Shown: piece after piece, positions 53,900 through 63,663 of the stretch
How positions within the stretch are numbered: the stretch's first letter is position 1
How the letters are laid out: each line of letters starts with the position of its first letter
Assembly: GCA_001818315.1 (NCBI GenBank)
Contig: MHKF01000012.1
Location: 128,080 to 192,079 of the forward strand
Origin: Candidatus Kerfeldbacteria bacterium RIFCSPLOWO2_02_FULL_42_19
Lineage (GTDB): Bacteria > Patescibacteriota > Patescibacteriia > HO2-48-17
Length of the DNA: 64,000 nt
Direction: 5' to 3'
Translations under genes and position numbers: made by a program
The notes under the pieces: generated by a model
Seen by the model: the letters and a program-made list of their open reading frames with translations, nothing else
Databases searched by the model: none
What the model was told of the DNA's origin: nothing

Positions 53900-54533
53900 A
53901 AAATCACTCTTTGTCGATATAGATGGACCGATTCTGGACGTTTCTGAACGGTATTATAATGTCTATTATGATTTTTGTAGACAGAATAATATAAGGCCGG
54001 TTTCTAAAAAGTATTACTGGCAAAAGAGACGCAGGAAACAAAATGTCTCTCTGAAGTCTTCACTTACGGAGAAATATAAAGAATTTTGGATAAAAACAAT
54101 AGAACTACCACAATACACTCATTTTGACACCATACGTCCACACACGATTGAAGTTCTTGCTAAACTGCAGCAAAATTGTAATCTGTACGCCGTGTCACTC
54201 AGACAGAACGCAGAAACAGAAAAAAAAACATTAAAGCAATTTGGCGTTTCCGAATTTTTTAATAACATTTATATCGCGCCACCTTCCCTTTTTGAGACAA
54301 TGAAGAACTGGCGGATTAAAAGAGCATTAATTCATGAGATTGCGTCACTGGGTGATATAATCATTGGAGACACACCTACTGATATTAAATGTGGTCAAAG
54401 TTTAAGATTCATTACGGTTGCAGTGCTCTCAGGCATAACGAACTACAGTCTGCTTAAGTCTTATCAGCCTGATTACATTATTAGAAAAATTGATTCTCTT
54501 CCAAGATTATTAGATAGAAACAATTTGCTATGA
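53880..54533 (+). CDS. HAD-superfamily hydrolase
   Basis: Motif I LFVDIDGPILD; ~217 aa. Confidence 0.5.
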   Translation: MQSAEIKKSLFVDIDGPILDVSERYYNVYYDFCRQNNIRPVSKKYYWQKRRRKQNVSLKSSLTEKYKEFWIKTIELPQYTHFDTIRPHTIEVLAKLQQNCNLYAVSLRQNAETEKKTLKQFGVSEFFNNIYIAPPSLFETMKNWRIKRALIHEIASLGDIIIGDTPTDIKCGQSLRFITVAVLSGITNYSLLKSYQPDYIIRKIDSLPRLLDRNNLL

Positions 54534-55627
54534 AGGTACCTTTAGTTGATTTAAAAAGACAATATGTTCAGATCCAATCTGAAATTGCAACGGCAATACA
54601 ACAGGTTATTACTGACACAGCCTTTGTCTTAGGGAAATATACGGAACAATTCGAAGTTGAGTTTGCTCGCTACTGCCAGGTTCAACATTGCGTTGGTTTA
54701 AATTCTGGCAGCGATGGTTTGTTACTCGCCTATATTGCTTGTGGCGTCAAAGCTGGTGATGAAGTGATTACTGTTGCCCATACCTTTTTCGCCACCACCG
54801 AACCCTTGGCTCATCTTGGTGCTACACCAGTCTTTGTTGATATTGATCCCACTACCTATCTTATTGATCCTGAAAAAATTGAAGCGGCTATAACTCCAAA
54901 AACTAAAGTGATTGTTCCTGTGCACCTTTATGGCCAAATGGCGGATATGACAAACATAATGGCTATCGCCAGGAAATATAACTTGAAAGTGATTGAAGAT
55001 TGTGCCCAAGCTCACGGTGCAACTCATCAAGGCCAAAAAGCCGGCACCTTCGGCGACATTGGAATCTATAGTTTTTACCCTGGAAAAAATCTTGGTGCTT
55101 ATGGCGACGCTGGTTGCATAGTTACCAACAATAGCGAATACGCTCAGTTAGTGAGAAAATTACGGGATCACGGCCGAAGCAGTAAATATGAATATGACAT
55201 TGCTGGTTATAGTTCTAGAATGGATGGTTTACAGGCAGCAATTCTCTCAACCAAATTAAAATATCTAGAGAAGTGGAATAAGGCAAGAAGAAAAGCCGCA
55301 GCTCACTACAATGAACTCTTACCTGAAGAAATTAAAAAACCAGTTGAAACGAAGAACAATCGTCATGTCTACCATCTTTATGTGATTGAGGTAGCGAATC
55401 GCAATAGAGTTCTTTCATATCTCACAGAGAATGGTGTTGAAGCTGGCATTCATTATCCTATTCCGTTGCACTTGCAACCACCCTACTCGGCATCAGTTAT
55501 GAGTCATACATCCTTACCTCGCACCGAAGCGGCTGCGAAAAATATTTTATCCCTACCTCTTTTCCCTGAGATCACCGACGAAGAACTTCAATATATCGTG
55601 CGTCAAGTTAAAACAGCAATAAAGTAA
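54530..55627 (+). CDS. DegT/DnrJ/EryC1/StrS-family PLP-dependent sugar aminotransferase
   Basis: MKVPLVDLKRQY N-terminus; full fold-type I layout for sugar aminotransferases; Lys in YSFYPGKNLGAYGD. Confidence 0.8.
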   Translation: MKVPLVDLKRQYVQIQSEIATAIQQVITDTAFVLGKYTEQFEVEFARYCQVQHCVGLNSGSDGLLLAYIACGVKAGDEVITVAHTFFATTEPLAHLGATPVFVDIDPTTYLIDPEKIEAAITPKTKVIVPVHLYGQMADMTNIMAIARKYNLKVIEDCAQAHGATHQGQKAGTFGDIGIYSFYPGKNLGAYGDAGCIVTNNSEYAQLVRKLRDHGRSSKYEYDIAGYSSRMDGLQAAILSTKLKYLEKWNKARRKAAAHYNELLPEEIKKPVETKNNRHVYHLYVIEVANRNRVLSYLTENGVEAGIHYPIPLHLQPPYSASVMSHTSLPRTEAAAKNILSLPLFPEITDEELQYIVRQVKTAIK

Positions 55628-56730
55628 TGAAAATTTTGATTCTCGATACTTATTATCCCGCATTCCTAGATGATTTTTATCATCGATATCCTACAATATC
55701 GGACGAAAAATATGAAGATCAGTTGCAAGCCTTACTGAACCAACAATTCGGCACTGCTGATTTTTACTCCAAAAATTTGCGTCTCTTAGGTCATGAAGCT
55801 AAAGATATTATTTATAATGCCGAATCATTACAAAACAAGTGGGCTCAAGAACATAATATACATTTTAAGTACAATATCACGGAAATCATTCCGATCTTGT
55901 ATCGATACCTTCAGAAAAGATGGCCGGAACGAATTTTGTTGGATCAAATTAAGAATTATCAACCGGATATTCTTTATATACAAAATGTGAGTGTTCTTTC
56001 TTCTGGTTTTCTCTATCGCATAAAGCCATCACTCAAAATGTTGGTCGGTCAAATTGCTTCGCCATTCGATTCTAAGATCGATCTCAGTGTTTATGATCTC
56101 TTGATCTCAGCAGCCCCAAACTTTGTCCAACACTTTCGTCAGCGAGGCTACGCTTCAGAACGCTTAAAAATTGGTTTTGAATCTACTATTCTTTCTCAAT
56201 TGAAGAAAAATCGAATAACTTGGAATACAATCTTTATCGGTGGTTTTACCGGTCCACATCTGAAAACTACTCGTCTTTTAGAAAAAGTTGCGGTCGAAGT
56301 TCCGATCGATTTTTGGGGCTATGACGCGTACAATTTGGACCATGACAGTCCGATACGACAACGTTTCCATGGGCCGGTTTGGGGAGTTGAAATGTATTCT
56401 GTTCTTCATAACTCTAAAATCGCAATCAATCGTCATGTAGATGAAGCCGAAAATTATGCTGGCAATATGCGAATCTACGAAGTAACTGGTACAGGCACTC
56501 TGCTCATCACTGATATGAAGGATAATTTAGGTGAGTTGTTTAAGATCGGCGAGGAAATCGAAACGTATTCTTCTCCTGAAGAGTTGATCGCAAAAATTAA
56601 GTTTTATTCTCATAATGAATCAGCACGTCAAAAAATTGCTCATGCCGGACAACAACGGACACTCAAAGACCATAATTATTATCAACGAATGAAAGAGCTC
56701 ATCCAGATTCTTAAAAGGTATACGCCATGA
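55627..56730 (+). CDS. CgeB-like glycosyltransferase (GT1-like), paralog 1
   Basis: C-terminal YEVTGTGTLLITD…GEEIETYSSPEELIAKIKFY…IAHAGQQRTLKDH matches the CgeB-family C-terminus. Confidence 0.45.
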   Translation: MKILILDTYYPAFLDDFYHRYPTISDEKYEDQLQALLNQQFGTADFYSKNLRLLGHEAKDIIYNAESLQNKWAQEHNIHFKYNITEIIPILYRYLQKRWPERILLDQIKNYQPDILYIQNVSVLSSGFLYRIKPSLKMLVGQIASPFDSKIDLSVYDLLISAAPNFVQHFRQRGYASERLKIGFESTILSQLKKNRITWNTIFIGGFTGPHLKTTRLLEKVAVEVPIDFWGYDAYNLDHDSPIRQRFHGPVWGVEMYSVLHNSKIAINRHVDEAENYAGNMRIYEVTGTGTLLITDMKDNLGELFKIGEEIETYSSPEELIAKIKFYSHNESARQKIAHAGQQRTLKDHNYYQRMKELIQILKRYTP

Positions 56731-57842
56731 AATTTCTCATCATTGATACATATTATCCCTCTTTTCTTAAAAGTTTCCGTCATAAGTATCCAGAATCATT
56801 GGGGATGTCTTATCAGGAACAACGGCAATTTTTACTTGATCAAAAATTCGGTACTTCGGATTTCTATTCTGGAAATTTCAAAAAGCTTGGGCATCAAGCT
56901 GAAGATATTATCGTGAATGATCTTTATCTTCAGTTTCGGTGGGCTCAAGAAAGAAATTTTTTTGTTTCTGAATCACGTTTTAAGGCTCGCATGCGGGTTT
57001 TACTTCGGGCTTATCATCTTCTTGGTCCACCGCGATGGATTCAAGAGATTGCTTTAGCTCAGATTCAAGAATATAAACCAGACATTATCTATATCCATAA
57101 TTTGACTATTTTTAGCCCTGATTATTTTCAAAAAATAAAAAAACAATGCCAATTCGTAGTTGGTCAAATTGCTTGTCCTCTACCGCCAAAAATATATTGG
57201 GAAAACTACGATCTGATTGTCACTTCATTTCCTCACTTTGTGCAAAGATTTCGCCAGCAAGGCATCAAGAGTGAATATTTAAAAATAGCTTTCGAACCTC
57301 ACATTCTTGACCTCGTTAGCAAACAGCCACGTATTTATAACGTTTCTTTTATTGGTAGTTATTCCTATCATCATAAGGGCGGGACGCAGATTCTGGAAGA
57401 TGTTGCACGGAAAGTGAAAGTTGATTTTTGGGGCCTGAAACAATTTTTCATGTCGCCATTCTCACCGATTGGTCGACGGTATCATGGAAGTGCATGGGGT
57501 CTCGATATGTATACTTTACTTGCTCAGAGCAGAATTGTTATTAACCGTCACATTGGCGCGGCTCAGAACTATGCTAATAACATGCGACTGTACGAATCAA
57601 CCGGAATGGGCGCTCTTTTAATTACTGACATGAAAGACAATTTGAATCATTTATTTCACATCGGCAAAGAGATTATTGCTTATTCGGATGTTGAGGATTT
57701 AGTTGATAAGATTCGTTACTATCTTGAACATGAGAAAGAACGCGCCGAGATTGCTCAGGCTGGACAACAGCGAACTCTTCAGGAGCATACGTATGAAAAC
57801 AGGATGAAGGAACTTTTAACTATTTTAGCAAAATATTTATGA
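56727..57842 (+). CDS. CgeB-like glycosyltransferase, paralog 2
   Basis: Collinear with the upstream paralog (YESTGMGALLITD…IAQAGQQRTLQEH). Confidence 0.45.
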   Translation: MKFLIIDTYYPSFLKSFRHKYPESLGMSYQEQRQFLLDQKFGTSDFYSGNFKKLGHQAEDIIVNDLYLQFRWAQERNFFVSESRFKARMRVLLRAYHLLGPPRWIQEIALAQIQEYKPDIIYIHNLTIFSPDYFQKIKKQCQFVVGQIACPLPPKIYWENYDLIVTSFPHFVQRFRQQGIKSEYLKIAFEPHILDLVSKQPRIYNVSFIGSYSYHHKGGTQILEDVARKVKVDFWGLKQFFMSPFSPIGRRYHGSAWGLDMYTLLAQSRIVINRHIGAAQNYANNMRLYESTGMGALLITDMKDNLNHLFHIGKEIIAYSDVEDLVDKIRYYLEHEKERAEIAQAGQQRTLQEHTYENRMKELLTILAKYL

Positions 57843-58507
57843 ACAAAGACAACCGTAATTATGTTTTTACTTCCGATTCCCTTTCAGAGAGAGATGAATA
57901 CCAGAGGATGGCTAGTTGGATTCCTGGTGGCAGTAGAGTGATTGATTTGGGGAGCGGCGATGGCTCACTTTTAGCGTTATTGCAGAAACGAGGCATTCAG
58001 GGTGAAGGAATTGAAATTGCTGAAAGCGGCGTCGAGATCACAAAAAAGAGGGGTATCAAAGCGCAAATTGGACGAATTGATGTGCCGTTGCCATATAAAG
58101 ATAAAGAATTTGATTATGCTCTTTGTAACGTGACCATACAGATGGTGATGTACCCGGAAGTATTACTGCAAGAAATGAAACGTATTGCAAAGTACCAAAT
58201 CCTTTCCTTTCCTAATTTCGCTTTTCTTCCCAATCGTCTTGACCTACTCATTCGTGGGCGAATGCCTCATTTCATGATTCCTAGTTATAAATGGTATTCC
58301 ACTGGGCATATTCATCAACTCTCTATCAATGATTTTTCCGATCTTTGTAAAGAATTAAATCTCAAAATTCTCGATTCCAAGCATATCCGTCCAGACGTAC
58401 TCAGGCTCCATATCTTCCAAGTCCCACATTTTATCTTAAGACGCTTTCCTAATGTATTCGTTAGTACCGCAATTTTTCTAACAAAAGAAAAGGAAATAGC
58501 GAAATAA
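57839..58507 (+). CDS. MetW-like class I SAM-dependent methyltransferase
   Basis: VIDLGSGDGSLLALL…GIEI…FDYALCNVTIQMV matches the MetW-type MTase pattern. Confidence 0.5.
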   Translation: MNKDNRNYVFTSDSLSERDEYQRMASWIPGGSRVIDLGSGDGSLLALLQKRGIQGEGIEIAESGVEITKKRGIKAQIGRIDVPLPYKDKEFDYALCNVTIQMVMYPEVLLQEMKRIAKYQILSFPNFAFLPNRLDLLIRGRMPHFMIPSYKWYSTGHIHQLSINDFSDLCKELNLKILDSKHIRPDVLRLHIFQVPHFILRRFPNVFVSTAIFLTKEKEIAK

Positions 58508-58590
58508 ATACAATATGTATATCCAAGAAAGATTCATTGTATGAAATCAGCGTATATGTTATATTCTTGCTGAGAATTGTAAAATATAAG

Positions 58591-58950
58591 ATGGCTTACA
58601 TTCTGTTAGTGCTTGCAATAGGAATGAACGTTACCGCACAACTTCTTCTCAAATATGTTGCGAAACAGATGCAATTTTTTGATGTTGCAGTGAATAAAGT
58701 TGTTCTGATAAAAACACTTCTTTTGCAACCGGCTTTTTGGATTGCATTAGTTTCGTATGGCATCAGCTTCGGGCTTTATTTAGTCGTGTTGTCAAAATTA
58801 GAATTGAGTAAAGCCTATCCGATCAGTAGTACTGCTGGCATTGTGCTTATTGTTGTTATATCCATTTTTACCTTTCATGAACCTTTGACGTTTCCCAAAA
58901 TTCTAGGCGTAGGATTAGGTTTGCTCGGTATTTTGTTATTATTTAAATAA
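58591..58950 (+). CDS. small 4-TM EamA/SMR-like transporter (ArnE/ArnF-like Und-P-sugar flippase subunit)
   Basis: 119 aa, four TM segments, directly upstream of a GT2 gene. Confidence 0.45.
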   Translation: MAYILLVLAIGMNVTAQLLLKYVAKQMQFFDVAVNKVVLIKTLLLQPAFWIALVSYGISFGLYLVVLSKLELSKAYPISSTAGIVLIVVISIFTFHEPLTFPKILGVGLGLLGILLLFK

Positions 58951-58952
58951 GC

Positions 58953-60356
58953 ATGCACTATCAGGCTATTGTTGAATTTATGAACCAACAAGCTGCTCGT
59001 CGTACGAAGTGGCGCGAGCGCAATTGGTATTATTACGAAGATCTCGTCAGTTTTTTACAATATAATGTCCCCCAAAATAGCCGAGTATTAGAAATTGGCT
59101 GTGGTGATGGCTATCTTTTACATCAGCTTCAACCCATGTATGGGGTTGGTATTGATATTGCCCCGGCCATGATTGAACAAGCTCAACAAAAATACCCTGA
59201 CTTGCATTTTTTTGTTATGGATGTTGAGCAACTGAAACTCCAAGAAACTTTCGATTATATTATTCTCTCTGATACTATTGGTTATTTTTATGATGTACAG
59301 AAGGTGTTAAATAATTTACGCAGCGTTTCTCATAGCGGGACAAGAGTGCTTATTACGTATCAAAATTTTTTGTGGTCACCGTTACTTCAACTCGTGGAAC
59401 TGCTCCATCTCAAAATGCCCTCTAAGAAATTGAATTGGCTCAATGTAGGCGATTTAGTGAATTTACTTAACTTAGAAAATTTTGAGGTTGTAAAAAGTGG
59501 TCATCGCTTACTTCTTCCATGGTATATTCCTTTCCTTTCAAAATTCATGAACAAATATTTGGCACACCTACCCTTATTGAATCAGTTGTGTTTGACGAGT
59601 TTTGTTATTGCCCGTCCTTGCATTCCAACGCAAGAATATAGTGTGAGTGTGATCATTCCAGCGCGCAATGAACGCGGTAATATTGAACAAGCTGTTCAAC
59701 GTATTCCTCACTTAGGGAAACACACAGAAATTATTTTTGTTGAAGGTCATTCCAATGATAATACTTTAACCGAAATTCAACGAGTGTGTCAGAACTATGC
59801 TGACAAACTTGACATCAAATATGCTGTACAAGACGGCAAGGGCAAAGGTGACGCGGTACGTAAAGGCTTTGCTATGGCTCACGGTGATATCTTGATGATT
59901 CTCGATGCTGATTTAACTGTTCGTCCAGAAGATTTGCCGAAATTTTATCAAGCTATCGCTTCGGGGAAAGGTGAATTTATCAATGGTTGTCGTTTAGTAT
60001 ACCCTATGGAAAAAGAGGCTATGCGTATTTTGAATATGATCGCAAATCGTTTTTTCTCTGTAACTTTTTCATGGTTATTGGGTCAGCGCATTAAAGATAC
60101 TCTCTGTGGCACGAAAGTCATTTGTAAAAAAGCCTATGAGCAATTAGCAAGTAATCGAGCATTTTTTGGTGATTTCGATCCATTTGGTGATTTTGATTTG
60201 TTATTCGGTGCAGCGAAGTTAAATTTAAAAATCGTAGAGTTACCCATACGTTACCAGGCACGAGTATACGGTTCAACGAATATTTCACGTTTCCGACACG
60301 GGTTTATTCTTTTGAAAATGGTCTTGTTTGCGATGAATAAAATTAAATTTATTTAA
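58953..60356 (+). CDS. fusion protein: N-terminal class I SAM methyltransferase plus C-terminal GT2 polyprenyl-phosphate glycosyltransferase (DPM1/ArnC/GtrB-like)
   Basis: VLEIGCGDGYLLHQL…ILSDTIGYF (MTase); VSVIIPARNERGNIEQAV…ILDADLT (GT2 DxD). Confidence 0.65.
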   Translation: MHYQAIVEFMNQQAARRTKWRERNWYYYEDLVSFLQYNVPQNSRVLEIGCGDGYLLHQLQPMYGVGIDIAPAMIEQAQQKYPDLHFFVMDVEQLKLQETFDYIILSDTIGYFYDVQKVLNNLRSVSHSGTRVLITYQNFLWSPLLQLVELLHLKMPSKKLNWLNVGDLVNLLNLENFEVVKSGHRLLLPWYIPFLSKFMNKYLAHLPLLNQLCLTSFVIARPCIPTQEYSVSVIIPARNERGNIEQAVQRIPHLGKHTEIIFVEGHSNDNTLTEIQRVCQNYADKLDIKYAVQDGKGKGDAVRKGFAMAHGDILMILDADLTVRPEDLPKFYQAIASGKGEFINGCRLVYPMEKEAMRILNMIANRFFSVTFSWLLGQRIKDTLCGTKVICKKAYEQLASNRAFFGDFDPFGDFDLLFGAAKLNLKIVELPIRYQARVYGSTNISRFRHGFILLKMVLFAMNKIKFI

Positions 60357-60412
60357 AAACTCATGCACTGGAAACAGTATGTTTTATTTGCACTTCTTAT
60401 AAGCTTCAACGC

Positions 60413-62353
60413 GTGTCGGCCTTCGATAATTCAAGAAATGAGTGTATGCAAGAAATAATATTCGTTACGATCATTCTTTTTGTCTGGGGTATTTTAAGTC
60501 TCGGTATCGGGCACTCCATCTTACGTAAATTATCTTGGCAAGCGAATGACGCTGTTTCTATCAGCATCGCTTATTTATTGGGTTTTGCTGTGTTGGCATA
60601 TAGTTTGGTGCTGTTAGGTTTAATCAAACTCTTTACGCTTCCGGCAGTCAGTATCGTAGGAGTTATCTATGTCGTACTTTTTGGACGAGGCGGTTTGCGC
60701 CAATTTTGGCAGTTCGTCATCAGCAGTGTGCATTTGAGTAAAAATATCTGGCGTACGCATCGTTGGTTGATAGTGCCGTTATTAGCTGTGGCAGTGTTTG
60801 TTCTCGTGAATTATCTTGCAAGTTTTGCTCCACCCACAGCACGCGATGAAATTTCTTATCATCTCCCAGAGGCGCGTGCACTCGTCTCAAGTCAGTCATT
60901 AGATTTTCTTACTAATGCTAAAAATTTTTATACGAATCTTCCACTCCTCTTAGAGGTCGTGTATGCCTGGGGTATTTTGGTGTCAGGCTATTCGTTGGCG
61001 CACGTCATGCACTACAGTATTTGGTTAGCTTTTTGCTTGTTTATATTTGGTTGGTTATACGAATATTTTGGTCGAACAACCGCGACGTGGTCGATAGTCG
61101 GTTTGTTTTTACTCACGCAAGTTGTGACTACGGCCACGAGCGGTTTAGTAGATACTGCCTATATGGTGCTCGAAATTATGAGCGTCTGTTTATTCATAAC
61201 TTGGTTTCATAGCAAACAAAATACAACTCTTGCCTTGGCTGGTATTATGATCGGCTTCGCTTTATCTATCAAATATTCTCCTCTCTTTACCGCTAGTTTA
61301 CTCGCTGTATTCATTGCAGGTGTCAGCTTTCCCCGACGTCAGTGGAGACCATTCATTTGGTTTGTATTACCTGTTGTCTTGGTTGGAGGATTTTGGTACA
61401 TCAAAAATTTCATTGTTTATTTCAATCCTACCTATCCGCTCCTCTTCGGACATGCCGACTATGGTGAAGCGGAATATCTTTCATTGATCGCAGCGATCCA
61501 AGATTTTGTTGTACCGCGAACGTTGTGGAATTATGTACAGATTCCGGTAACTTTTTATTTAGCTTGGACCAAGAGTGATTATCCACTCCTGTCGTTATCC
61601 TATCAACCCCAAAGCCTGATTGTATTGTTCAGTCTTGCCAGTTTGCCTTGGCTAATTGCACTCAAACGAGCCAGATTGGTCGTTCTGATACTGTTTTCTT
61701 ATATGATTGTCTATAGTTTGTATTGGTTCTTTATTGCGACTCATCAAGTACGTTTTTTGGATACAATTACTATTGTGCTGCTGTTGTTAGCAGTTATTGC
61801 TATTACCCGCTTGCCACGATATTGGAAATATGTGCCGGTCGCCATTTTATTCATTGCCATCATCGGTATTGGCTTACGTTACGATATTCGGAGTTATTTG
61901 CTCCATGTGATAGACGCCGCTATCGCTCAGCGCTGGATGCGTAAAAATGAAATTTATTACTTGATTGATCACATGAGTAAAAAGGATTATTTGGAATCGC
62001 ACTTTGGTTGCGGGGTATTAGCTCTTGACTACCTGGATACTACAAATCCAAACGTCAAGGTGTTAGATAATTGGACCGCATGGCATGATCACCAATTTAA
62101 GTTTTACGATCAGCACAGTCGTTTCATCAGTTTTCCGCCTGATTTGCCAGTTACAGATGTCAACAGCTTTATTCAAAGTAATGGTATTGGCTATATTTAT
62201 TTTGATACGAGAGCTAAAAATGATTTTGCGAATAGTACCGATCCATTTTTCAGGGAACACTATCGCGCCCGGTCAAACCAAGAACAACAATTGCTCGACG
62301 GCGCTACTTTGGTATTTGAATCAACTACCTGTCAACTCCATCGTTTACGATAA
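60413..62353 (+). CDS. polytopic GT-C-like membrane protein (ArnT/PMT-like glycosyltransferase candidate)
   Basis: ≥12 TM segments; ARDEISYHLPEA loop with a DE motif after the early TM segments; follows the GT2 and flippase genes. Confidence 0.5.
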   Translation: MSAFDNSRNECMQEIIFVTIILFVWGILSLGIGHSILRKLSWQANDAVSISIAYLLGFAVLAYSLVLLGLIKLFTLPAVSIVGVIYVVLFGRGGLRQFWQFVISSVHLSKNIWRTHRWLIVPLLAVAVFVLVNYLASFAPPTARDEISYHLPEARALVSSQSLDFLTNAKNFYTNLPLLLEVVYAWGILVSGYSLAHVMHYSIWLAFCLFIFGWLYEYFGRTTATWSIVGLFLLTQVVTTATSGLVDTAYMVLEIMSVCLFITWFHSKQNTTLALAGIMIGFALSIKYSPLFTASLLAVFIAGVSFPRRQWRPFIWFVLPVVLVGGFWYIKNFIVYFNPTYPLLFGHADYGEAEYLSLIAAIQDFVVPRTLWNYVQIPVTFYLAWTKSDYPLLSLSYQPQSLIVLFSLASLPWLIALKRARLVVLILFSYMIVYSLYWFFIATHQVRFLDTITIVLLLLAVIAITRLPRYWKYVPVAILFIAIIGIGLRYDIRSYLLHVIDAAIAQRWMRKNEIYYLIDHMSKKDYLESHFGCGVLALDYLDTTNPNVKVLDNWTAWHDHQFKFYDQHSRFISFPPDLPVTDVNSFIQSNGIGYIYFDTRAKNDFANSTDPFFREHYRARSNQEQQLLDGATLVFESTTCQLHRLR

Positions 62354-62392
62354 TGGAGCTGCCGTTGAATCCCGTTTCTTGTACAATGTGCA

Positions 62393-62477
62393 AAGCAAAA
62401 GAGGAGGAAGGCGAGAGCTTCCGAAGCACTGACAGTGCACAGTGTGCTTCGGAAGCTCTCGCCTTCCTCCTCTTTTG
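62393..62477. repeat. Family-B hairpin repeat, copy 4 (between convergent genes)
   Basis: aaaagaggaggaaggcgagagcttccgaagcactgacagtgcacagtgtgcttcggaagctctcgccttcctcctcttttg. Confidence 0.6.
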
Positions 62478-62665
62478 TCTATAATCACAATGTATTTTTC
62501 ACAGGCGGAAGCGTATTCAGCTGCAGTCCTTTAATAATCCGAAGCTTTGAGTTTACCTATCACAAATAAAAGCGCATCGAATCGGATCGGTGCATATACC
62601 CATAACTGTCCACAATCCTGCATATAGGCTAAAACTTGATTTTTCCCTGCGCTCTTGGCGCAGGG

Positions 62666-63037
62666 TCATTCATTGACAATGACACTCATGAGGAGTACGA
62701 CTGCTGCAGTGATTTTTGATTGAGTCAAAGCTCTACGAAGCCAGTACCACAAGGTTTGCCAAAGGCGACGACATTCACGGGTAATTGTCTTTATAAAGGC
62801 AATCCACAGTAGTCCAAAGATGCTATAGACAACTGTCGCTTTAAACTGTCCTATCAATCCCAGTAATAATCCAATATTTCCTAAGATACCCAGACCAATA
62901 AGATACGCTACACTCACAATGACTGCGTAGTGGTGCTCAAAGCGCAACCGACGCAATAACGACATTCCCATGCCGATAGCGAGGCTACTGAAAAAGAATG
63001 CTAGTAAAGTATTAGAAACGATGGAAATGATACTCAT
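62666..63037 (-). pseudogene. truncated N-terminal fragment (123 aa) of a GT-C-like membrane-protein paralog
   Basis: LRRLRFEHHYAVIVSVAYLIGLGILGNIGLLLGLIGQF parallels LRKLSWQANDAVSISIAYLLGFAVLAYSLVLLGLIKLF at the N-terminus of the 60413 gene; a stop follows after 123 aa. Confidence 0.4.
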
Positions 63038-63654
63038 TTCAACGCGAACACGAAGTTATTTAAACCAAGTTGCCAGGTACTCGTTTTTATTTTTTCTTGT
63101 TTGAATCCAGCTTGGGCAAGTAGATCGCGCAGGTCTTGATCGGACATATAACATTTGTGATCAGAAATTTCTGTAGCATCCGTGACATGCAAACGAAAAG
63201 CTAAAAGTTCTAGTAATGGCTTATTCGCTGGTGTTGGTGTTGTGAGTAATAGTCTCCCATTCGGTTTTAAGATGCGATACACTTCACGCAAATGTTGCTG
63301 ACGATCCGATAAATGTTCAAGCACAGCTAATGAAGTTACTACATCCATAGCGTTATCTGGCAGCGGGATATGTTGATTCACATTAGCTGGTTGTAATGTT
63401 ACTCGATCATTCGATAGTTGCGTATCAACTGCAATATCAAAACCATAGGCTTTTGTAAATCGATCTTGGTACGTAAATAAAAATCGTCCGCGATATCCGC
63501 AGCCCATATCACATACTATGCTCCTCTCTGGGATAGAACGAATAACATGTTGCATTCGAAGATGAGCCAGAAAATCTTCGAGCCAATAACGTTTTGTCTG
63601 ACCATGTGATGTAGTGCGGTGATCATGGTTATGATGGTGATGTGTCTCGCTCAT
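63034..63654 (-). CDS. class I SAM-dependent methyltransferase (type 11)
   Basis: IVCDMGCGYRGRFL motif I; DVVTSLAVLEHL. Confidence 0.6.
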   Translation of the reverse strand: MSETHHHHNHDHRTTSHGQTKRYWLEDFLAHLRMQHVIRSIPERSIVCDMGCGYRGRFLFTYQDRFTKAYGFDIAVDTQLSNDRVTLQPANVNQHIPLPDNAMDVVTSLAVLEHLSDRQQHLREVYRILKPNGRLLLTTPTPANKPLLELLAFRLHVTDATEISDHKCYMSDQDLRDLLAQAGFKQEKIKTSTWQLGLNNFVFALK

Positions 63655-63663
63655 AGAATATTA

